32,000 bases of DNA from Nostoc sp. UHCC 0870 (GTDB lineage Bacteria > Cyanobacteriota > Cyanobacteriia > Cyanobacteriales > Nostocaceae): assembly GCF_022063185.1 (NCBI RefSeq), contig NZ_CP091916.1, positions 20,136 to 52,135 on the forward strand. Reading direction: 5' to 3'. Both the position numbers and the translations under genes were made by a program. Positions 17,372 to 24,033 of this stretch are shown here, one piece after another (within the stretch, counting starts at the first letter, position 1; every line of letters begins with the position of its first letter). The notes under the pieces were generated by a model. That model searched no databases. It was not told the DNA's origin and saw only the letters and a program-made list of their open reading frames with translations.

Positions 17372-17699
17372 TTTTCTTATTTATTACTGGTTTTGGTTGT
17401 GAATACTTTAGCCACTCTTCATAAGTAAAGTTTGAGGAGTTGTAATCATAAAGTTTGTGTTCATTAAGTAGTTCGCCCACTGCTTGAATGGCATCACTAA
17501 GCGTTACGTCTGGATAGTATTTTAGTTGCCTAAATTCTTCTGAATCTCGGATTTCTCTGAGCCAGCATTCTGTAGTTTGTAAACACCTAATCTGGTTAGA
17601 TGTCAGCATTATTTCTCCTTTGTTTGGTAGTTCTCGGATTGCTTCTCGCATTGCGTAAATTGATATACATGAATCCTCTGTCATAACATTCCCGCGCAC
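17364..17699 (-). CDS. hypothetical protein (111 aa)
   Basis: Clean ORF divergent from the RHH/rep genes. An alternative start is Met6 at 17684. Confidence 0.5.
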   Translation of the reverse strand: MRGNVMTEDSCISIYAMREAIRELPNKGEIMLTSNQIRCLQTTECWLREIRDSEEFRQLKYYPDVTLSDAIQAVGELLNEHKLYDYNSSNFTYEEWLKYSQPKPVINKKND

Positions 17700-17997
17700 A
17701 ATTAACGCGACCGCAAATATAGAGCGGACGCATTGCAGATATTGCTGTAATAGTTGAATAAAACAGTACTCGCAAGCCTTGCAACCCTCAAAAGGAACTC
17801 GCCAAGTGCGTTTTACGCTTGGATCTTACTTGTGTCTGTCCTGAGTTATTTGACGTATCGATAACCTTGACACTAATATACTAGTAGATAAGTTCCGAAC
17901 TTGTCAAATAAAATGTGAACCGTTTAGAACCAGATGCTTTTTGATAAGTTTTGATGTTAACTGAAGGTGTCATAATATATCAGAACTTTTCTAATTA

Positions 17998-18159
17998 ATG
18001 GCAACGTCTAAGGCAAAAGTAACTTTTACGTGCAGTCCTGAGTTAAAAGAAAAACTACAAGAATGGGCGGACAGCGAAAACCGAACTCTATCAAACTTGG
18101 TCGAGCTAATTGCCCAGCAAGCAGTAACAGACCACGAAAAAAAATCGAGCAAGAAGTAA
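17998..18159 (+). CDS. ribbon-helix-helix (CopG/Arc-like) protein, 53 aa, not in the ORF track
   Basis: Hand translation: MATSKAKVTFTCSPELKEKLQEWADSENRTLSNLVELIAQQAVTDHEKKSSKK, followed by TAA at 18157-18159. It shows the beta-strand/helix/helix pattern typical of RHH and lies upstream of rep on the same strand. An extended -10-like TGTCATAAT sits at 17968-17976. Confidence 0.65.
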   Translation: MATSKAKVTFTCSPELKEKLQEWADSENRTLSNLVELIAQQAVTDHEKKSSKK

Positions 18160-18316
18160 GATGACTAAGACTGACCAAATCAAAAACAATATGAGACTGG
18201 AGGGAACAAACAATCAACAGATTTAGTATCTCTCATACACAAATCCCCACTAGTAGTAGCTAGAGGGGATGCGTACCAGTGGAGACTGGATTTTCATTAA
18301 TTGTCTTGTCATAACG

Positions 18317-18417
18317 CGGGTAACTCCGAAGAAAAAGTTTACGAGGCTTTTTCGGAACCGCGATCGCACTTATATAATAGCTAATTCTGCGGTCGCGTTG
18401 CAATCAGGAGTTACCCG
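18317..18417 (+). other. nested inverted-repeat structure upstream of rep (origin element or structured leader)
   Basis: Outer arms CGGGTAACTCC (18317-18327) / GGAGTTACCCG (18407-18417) enclose two hairpins. One is GAAAAAG/CTTTTTC (18331-18353). The other is CGCGATCGC/GCGGTCGCG (18359-18397), with an AT-rich 21-nt loop. Confidence 0.4.
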
Positions 18418-18445
18418 GATTTTGAAAAATTCGGAGTAATAAAAA

Positions 18446-21178
18446 GTGCATACTACACAGACAACTACAACACAGACTGCTAACAGACTGACTGACAGAC
18501 ATTATAAAGAGTGCGTCACCAACCGGGGCTTGTGTCCAGAATGGATAGCTGTTAACTGTCGCTCAATGGACACCAAAGAAGCGAGCCAACGCTTAGGATA
18601 CACAGCAAAATCAGCAGGCATCTGGCTAGAAGGAGTCGACGGTTTTGGGCAGTATCGCCCTAACAAGCCCTGGAAAAGCGTAGACGAGAAGAAAGCACCC
18701 AAGTATCGGACAGCGACCAAAGAAGAATATGACGCAATGCTACCCCGTCATCCTCATAATCCGGGCTACTGGCAGGATTATGAGGCACTTAAACCACTTT
18801 GCTATCAGATCAACGGTCATCCTTGCTTAGTTGTAACTGAGGGATTATTTAAGGCGATCGCCGGCTGTTTTCACGGATTCCCTACAGTTGCGCTCGCTGG
18901 AGTGGAACAGGGCTTAACACCGACGGCTAGCGACCCCCAAGGCAAACGTTACCTAGTCGATACCCTAGAATTATTAGCCCGTGCTAAGTTTGGATGGATT
19001 ATTGCTTTTGACGCAGACGAATGCGCCCAAACTAATAAAAATGTGGTGGCAGCACAAAGAAAACTAGCTCATCAATTAGCTAAGTTTAAAGTACCTGTGT
19101 ACATTGCCACGGGCTTATGGAGTGCAGCAGAAGGTAAGGGGATGGACGATTACATTCAGGCCAACGGCGACGACGCTTTTAGAGACAAAGTGTTAGCTAA
19201 GGCTGTTAATTTTGAAATTTGGGAACGCCAGTTCAAAGAAGACGATGCTGATAACAAAACTTTGTCAGAATCCGCTTTTGCGGCACAAATCGCCGAAGAT
19301 TACCGTGCCAAGCTAGCTTGGCACGTAGCCAACAAAGCTTGGTACTGGTATGAAGCAGAAAATAAGTGCGGGGTCTGGAGTGAAATTCCCTCTGAAGAGG
19401 CGATGTCAATTGTTTTAACAGAACTGGAAACGCGGACACGCCATTTCTCCAGCAGGTTTGTCAACGGTGTTTTGACTTTACTCAAGGCCAAACTCAGGGT
19501 TAATCACTGGGAAGTCCGCAAAGGTTTTATTTGTCTTCAGGATTGTGTGCTGGATGTGAATACCCTCAAAGAATATCCACATGAGCCGGGATACAGAATG
19601 CTGAGTCAGCTACCTTTTAAATGGGCTGACCGCAGTGTAGGTTGTGAGCCTGTGAAGGAATGGTTGCTGGAAGCTTGCGAAGGTAAAGCCGACTGGGTGG
19701 AAGTTATTCGCGCTGGGATTAATGCGACCGTCACCGAACGCGGCGGCGAGTTACAAAGATTTATGGAGCTAGTGGGTGCTGGCGGTACTGGCAAAGGTAC
19801 TTTATTGCGGCTGGTGCAAGCACTACTGGGCAGAGAAAACTACGCCATCACCGAACTGAAGCAGTTGGAGCAAAACCGCTTTGAAACTGCGGCTCTCTAC
19901 GGCAAGAAAGCTGTGTTTATCACTGACTCTGAACGCTACACAGGTGATGTTAGCACTCTCAAGAAATTGACAGGTGATGATGAGCTGCGACACGAGAAAA
20001 AAGGCATTCAGCAAACAGGCAGTTTTAGATTTAGTGGGGTGGTCTGGATTGCTGCCAACGAAATCATTCAAAGCAGTGATTACACTAACGCCCTGTCCCG
20101 TCGTCGTCTCTCCATGCCTTTTGAGCGGGTGGTGCCACAAAATGAGCGTCGCCCCTTAGAAAAGGAATTTCAGCCATACTTGCCTGGGGTATTGCAATGG
20201 GTTTTAGAGATGTCGGCTTTGGATGTCGCTGCTTATGTCGGTGACACTAACAAACTAGTGCCTTCACTTGGCTCGTTTAGCACAGAGGTACTGTTAAGCA
20301 CTAACCCTCTGGCTGATTGGGCTAATGACCGTCTTTACTATGACCCGAAAGCACAAACGCAAATCGGTGATAACGGTCAAAGTGCTGAATTGTTCCTCTA
20401 TCCTAACTACTGCGAATGGGCGCAGCGTAATTCTCACGGCATTATGACTAAGCAACGATTCTCAGCCATTTTGCTGAATCTGCTGAATTCTCAACTCAAC
20501 ATTAATGCTGCAAAAGTGAGAAACAAGAAAGGACGTTTTATCACTAAAATTGCTATTCGCCAGTCAGGACAAGACTTTCCGCTCTTAATCTCGGAAAAAG
20601 ATGCTGACCTTGATGCTGACTTTCATAAAAGTCATGCTAACCCGGTGCTGACTTCTATGCTAACTGAAAGTATTGATAGTGCTGACTTTCAGAATGGTGC
20701 TGACCTTTTGGCTGATAGTAACGCATCTGACACCACCAACCAACACTACTTGATGAACACTACTAGCAGTCAAAATCAGGAGGATAAGTCAGCACAGTCA
20801 GCACAGTCAGCACTACCAAGGGTTTCAGCCAGCACTACTGACAGCACTACCGATATCACCACACAAAAACAAGTCAGCACCAAACAACGAATGATTGAGA
20901 CTTGGGAGAACAAGTCAGCCTTGGGTGAAATCGTTCTAAATCTTGATAGTGCTGAATTACAGCAAATTGCTAAAGGTTTCAGTCCTGAACAAGTGCAATA
21001 TATCAAGGACGCAGCTAATAGCGTGTGGCAGTTAGGTGCAAATTCATTGGCTGATTACAACGGCGAACTAGTCTACATTTGGGAGTGCGGACAATCAAAC
21101 GATGTTCGCATTGGTACTAAGACTCAGGCTGGCGCAAAAGTTAGACGCGCTCATCTGCGTCCTTGGTTAGGCATTTGA
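18446..21178 (+). CDS. plasmid replication primase-helicase (DUF3854/Toprim-like N-domain plus P4/D5-type NTPase; CyRepA-like)
   Basis: Toprim-like CLVVTEGLFKA and IIAFDADE. Walker A VGAGGTGKGT, Walker B AVFITDSE, then the WIAANE motif. GTG start 18446 with GGAG 9 nt upstream. Low-complexity linker near residue 720-800. Confidence 0.88.
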   Translation: MHTTQTTTTQTANRLTDRHYKECVTNRGLCPEWIAVNCRSMDTKEASQRLGYTAKSAGIWLEGVDGFGQYRPNKPWKSVDEKKAPKYRTATKEEYDAMLPRHPHNPGYWQDYEALKPLCYQINGHPCLVVTEGLFKAIAGCFHGFPTVALAGVEQGLTPTASDPQGKRYLVDTLELLARAKFGWIIAFDADECAQTNKNVVAAQRKLAHQLAKFKVPVYIATGLWSAAEGKGMDDYIQANGDDAFRDKVLAKAVNFEIWERQFKEDDADNKTLSESAFAAQIAEDYRAKLAWHVANKAWYWYEAENKCGVWSEIPSEEAMSIVLTELETRTRHFSSRFVNGVLTLLKAKLRVNHWEVRKGFICLQDCVLDVNTLKEYPHEPGYRMLSQLPFKWADRSVGCEPVKEWLLEACEGKADWVEVIRAGINATVTERGGELQRFMELVGAGGTGKGTLLRLVQALLGRENYAITELKQLEQNRFETAALYGKKAVFITDSERYTGDVSTLKKLTGDDELRHEKKGIQQTGSFRFSGVVWIAANEIIQSSDYTNALSRRRLSMPFERVVPQNERRPLEKEFQPYLPGVLQWVLEMSALDVAAYVGDTNKLVPSLGSFSTEVLLSTNPLADWANDRLYYDPKAQTQIGDNGQSAELFLYPNYCEWAQRNSHGIMTKQRFSAILLNLLNSQLNINAAKVRNKKGRFITKIAIRQSGQDFPLLISEKDADLDADFHKSHANPVLTSMLTESIDSADFQNGADLLADSNASDTTNQHYLMNTTSSQNQEDKSAQSAQSALPRVSASTTDSTTDITTQKQVSTKQRMIETWENKSALGEIVLNLDSAELQQIAKGFSPEQVQYIKDAANSVWQLGANSLADYNGELVYIWECGQSNDVRIGTKTQAGAKVRRAHLRPWLGI

Positions 21179-21284
21179 TGAGCAGCTTAACTACGCTGGT
21201 TAAGCAAAACTCATGTTGTCTTAACTTACTTGGGATATGAAAGCTGGACTCTTAAAGCATGAGTGAGAGCCAGTGCTGGGCATC

Positions 21285-21392
21285 GCTGTTGCGTGGTCGC
21301 GGCTTGAAAATTGCGATCACCTACGGTGGGGCGTAGCCCATCGCGTGGGGGCATGAATGCTGTTGCCTGGTCGCGGCTTGAAAATTGCGATC
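21285..21392. repeat. two copies of a 34-bp direct repeat downstream of rep
   Basis: GCTGTTGC(G/C)TGGTCGCGGCTTGAAAATTGCGATC at 21285-21318 and 21359-21392, with 1 mismatch. Each copy contains a GGTCGC...GCGATC hairpin. Confidence 0.7.
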
Positions 21393-21579
21393 GCGCCAAA
21401 CAGATGAATGAAGCCATTCGAGATTGAGGCTTGGATTACACGAAATGGCTCGAACGTGTAATGCTGCATCACTCAAAGATCGAAACTTAAGCTATAAACT
21501 TTTTATCTCAATTACGTAATTCAGAACATAAACCATGTGGTATATAAGTAATTAAAATGCCAAGCTTACGAGGTAGTAC

Positions 21580-21978
21580 ATGGAGCCACTAACTGCTGGG
21601 GCGATCGCCTTTCTATATCTGCTAATGGATAAAACACTAGATAAAACAGGCGATGCTATTATAAACCAAGCTTTTGAACAAGGCGGTAAGTTGCTGCAAC
21701 TGCTGAAGCGTAAGTCACCAGAAACTGGAAGTGCTATAGAACGGGTTGCACAACATCCAGAATTAGCCCAAAAGCAGCCAGATGATTATGGTGAAGCAGT
21801 TTTGGTGGAGAAGGTAAAGAAAGAAGCTTATGCAGATCCAGAAATTAGAGCATACGTGGAAGCTTTGGCACAAACGGTAAAGTCCCAGCCGCAAATTAAT
21901 AAAGTGATTGAGAATTGGAAAGGAATAAATATTAAAGGTGGAACTAATACTTTTACTGATACTACCTTCAATTTTTGA
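21580..21978 (+). CDS. 132-aa helical N-terminal module of the STAND/NLR-like locus, ending at an in-frame TGA
   Basis: ATG start, hydrophobic N-terminal helix LTAGAIAFLYLLM and a G/N/T-rich tail. It is in the same frame as the NB-ARC ORF. Confidence 0.6.
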   Translation: MEPLTAGAIAFLYLLMDKTLDKTGDAIINQAFEQGGKLLQLLKRKSPETGSAIERVAQHPELAQKQPDDYGEAVLVEKVKKEAYADPEIRAYVEALAQTVKSQPQINKVIENWKGINIKGGTNTFTDTTFNF

Positions 21979-22092
21979 CTACAGTCGCCCGAATGGAAAC
22001 GGGTAAAATTAAATCCCCCAAATAATATTCCGTTTCAAGGTTCTGCCAACTTTGTTGGAAGGCAGCATGAACTGACTATACTGCGTGAAAAG

Positions 22093-24033
22093 TTGCAAAA
22101 ACCAGGCGTTTTTGCCATCTCTGCTGTCGCTGGTATGGGTGGAGTTGGTAAAACCGAACTGGCGATTAAATACGCCTGGGAACATGAAGCGGATTACCCT
22201 GGTGGTATCTGCTGGTTATCAGCAAGAGAATCAAAAGAATCAAATTTGGCTGTGGAGATTGTGCATTTTGCCCAGCTTTACATGAAACTAAAGGTTCCTC
22301 AGAATAATTTGCAGGGAAAGCTGCTGAACCCCACCGAACAAGTAGCTTGGTGTTGGCAAAACTGGAAACCACTAGAAGGGCTGGTATTGGTTATCTTAGA
22401 TGATGTTACGAATCTGGAGACTTGCCGAGAGTTTCTACCAAAAGGCAAGCGTTTCTGTGTGTTAATGACAACACGGTTACGAAACCTAGACACCAACATT
22501 CAGGAGATACCCTTAGATGTACTATCACCTCAAGAGGCTTTGGAATTATTAACAGCCTTGGTAGGCGAAAAGCTGATACAAAAGGAACTCCAAACAGCAA
22601 AAGAGTTGTGTGAATGGTTCGGATATTTACCTTTGGGGTTGGAGTTGATAGGGCGGTATTTGGCTAAAAAACCTCCTCATTGGACTTTAGCAAAGATGTT
22701 GCAACGGCTAGAAGAGCAAAGGCTGGAAGACGAAGCCATCAATCACTGTCAGCAACAAACTCTGAGTACAGCACAACGAGGTGTTCTAGCAGCATTTGAA
22801 TTAAGTTGGCTGGAACTTAACCCAATGACACAGCTTGTTGGTAAATTATTAAGCTTATTTGCACCGGATATCTTTCGTTGGGAATGGGTAGAGTCTGCAT
22901 CTAGCTTACTCAATTTGAGTTCAACTGAAATTGAAACAGCAAACCAGCAACTTTACGATCGCCATTTGATTGTGTGGGTGGAAGATAAAGATACAGATGT
23001 TTGCTATAAAATTCATCCTTTGATTCGGAAGTTTTTGAAAGTCAAGCTAGATGCAGACTTTGAACAAGCTGACGCTTTGAAGCAACAGTTTTGCCGGGTA
23101 ATGGTAAACGATTCAAAGCTAGTTCCCCAGTCTCCTACTCAGGATGTTACCTTAAGGGTTAATACTGCTGTACCTCATATAGTTGAAGCCGCCACAAGAT
23201 TAAATGAGTGGTTAAAAGATGAAGATTTTTGTTATCCTTTTGTAGCTTTAGGCAGATTCTATGCAGATCAAGGTATTTACCACAAAGCAGAATATTGGTA
23301 CAAACAGTACCTATCCGTTTCTCAAACTCGCTTTGGAGAAGAGCATATAGAAGTAGCTTGTAGCTTGAATAATTTGGCTCTTCTCTATTGTAAGCAGGGA
23401 CGCTACATCGATGCTCAACCCCTTTTTCAAAGAGCTTTAGAATTAAATGAACGTCTTTCTAAAGAAATGTATCCTTATGTAGCGACGACACTAAACAACT
23501 TAGGTTTATTATATTGTGAACAGGGTCGTCCTTTTGAAGCAGAACCTCTATTTCAAAAAGCTTTGGCAATTAGAGAAGAGAGTCTAGGGAAAGACCATCC
23601 TGAGATCGCAACTATCCTAAATAATCTGGCTTATTTCTATTTTTCTCTAGATGAATATAATAAGGCTAAAAAGCTATTAGAGAAGGCTTTAAAAATTAGA
23701 GAAAAAAGCATAGAAAGAAATCCTGTAGCTTTAGCAATTATCTTGAATAATTTGGCTCATATTTATGAATATCAAGAGCGCTATATGAAAGCTAAAGATT
23801 TATATAACGAAGCGTTAGAAATAAGAACAAGCTTCTTAGGAGATAAGCATTTAGATGTTGCTCAAAGCTTAAATAATCTGGGTGTGGTTCATGCTAAACA
23901 AAAACGATATGAAGAAGCTAAATTCCTTTTGAAACAAGCATTAGAAATTTTTGATAAATGTGTAGGAGATAGACACCGTTATACGGTGTCTACTCGCGCT
24001 AGTCTAAGCAATATTTGTGATGACCAAAGTTAA
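22093..24033 (+). CDS. NB-ARC (STAND P-loop NTPase) plus TPR-repeat protein, NLR-like; conserved sequence extends upstream to 21979
   Basis: Walker A GMGGVGKTELA, Walker B LVILDDV, then repeated TPR units (LNNLALLYCKQGRY..A.PLFQRAL, LNNLGLLYCEQGR, LNNLAYFY, LNNLAHIY, LNNLGVVH). The track start is TTG 22093, which would cut off the conserved FVGRQHEL segment. Confidence 0.8.
   Translation: MQKPGVFAISAVAGMGGVGKTELAIKYAWEHEADYPGGICWLSARESKESNLAVEIVHFAQLYMKLKVPQNNLQGKLLNPTEQVAWCWQNWKPLEGLVLVILDDVTNLETCREFLPKGKRFCVLMTTRLRNLDTNIQEIPLDVLSPQEALELLTALVGEKLIQKELQTAKELCEWFGYLPLGLELIGRYLAKKPPHWTLAKMLQRLEEQRLEDEAINHCQQQTLSTAQRGVLAAFELSWLELNPMTQLVGKLLSLFAPDIFRWEWVESASSLLNLSSTEIETANQQLYDRHLIVWVEDKDTDVCYKIHPLIRKFLKVKLDADFEQADALKQQFCRVMVNDSKLVPQSPTQDVTLRVNTAVPHIVEAATRLNEWLKDEDFCYPFVALGRFYADQGIYHKAEYWYKQYLSVSQTRFGEEHIEVACSLNNLALLYCKQGRYIDAQPLFQRALELNERLSKEMYPYVATTLNNLGLLYCEQGRPFEAEPLFQKALAIREESLGKDHPEIATILNNLAYFYFSLDEYNKAKKLLEKALKIREKSIERNPVALAIILNNLAHIYEYQERYMKAKDLYNEALEIRTSFLGDKHLDVAQSLNNLGVVHAKQKRYEEAKFLLKQALEIFDKCVGDRHRYTVSTRASLSNICDDQS

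Noticed and set aside
18026-18217. Minus-strand 63-aa ORF
   Set aside because: It is antisense to the 53-aa RHH ORF (17998..18159), which has a convincing fold pattern and a sensible position upstream of rep.
18502-21006. Multiple short ORFs inside or antisense to the rep gene (18502..18720, 19233..19491, 19606..19794, 19823..20140, 19974..20159, 20776..21006)
   Set aside because: All are embedded in the 910-aa ORF, which has clear Toprim and P-loop motifs. They are shadow frames.
21185-21205. Hairpin GCTTAAC..GTTAAGC just after the rep stop as an intrinsic terminator
   Set aside because: The 7-bp stem is followed by AAAACTC rather than a T-tract on the plus strand, so it is not a convincing rho-independent terminator.
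21226-21417. Minus-strand 63-aa ORF, and the idea that the 34-bp repeats are a mini CRISPR array
   Set aside because: The ORF is simply read across the two direct repeats. As a CRISPR call, there are only two repeat copies, no cas genes in the window, and the repeat resembles the HIP1-type hairpin upstream of rep.
22085-22613. ORFs 22085..22285 (+), 22166..22372 (-), 22299..22499 (-), 22406..22600 (-) and 22422..22613 (+)
   Set aside because: They overlap the NB-ARC domain, which has clear Walker A and B motifs in its own frame.
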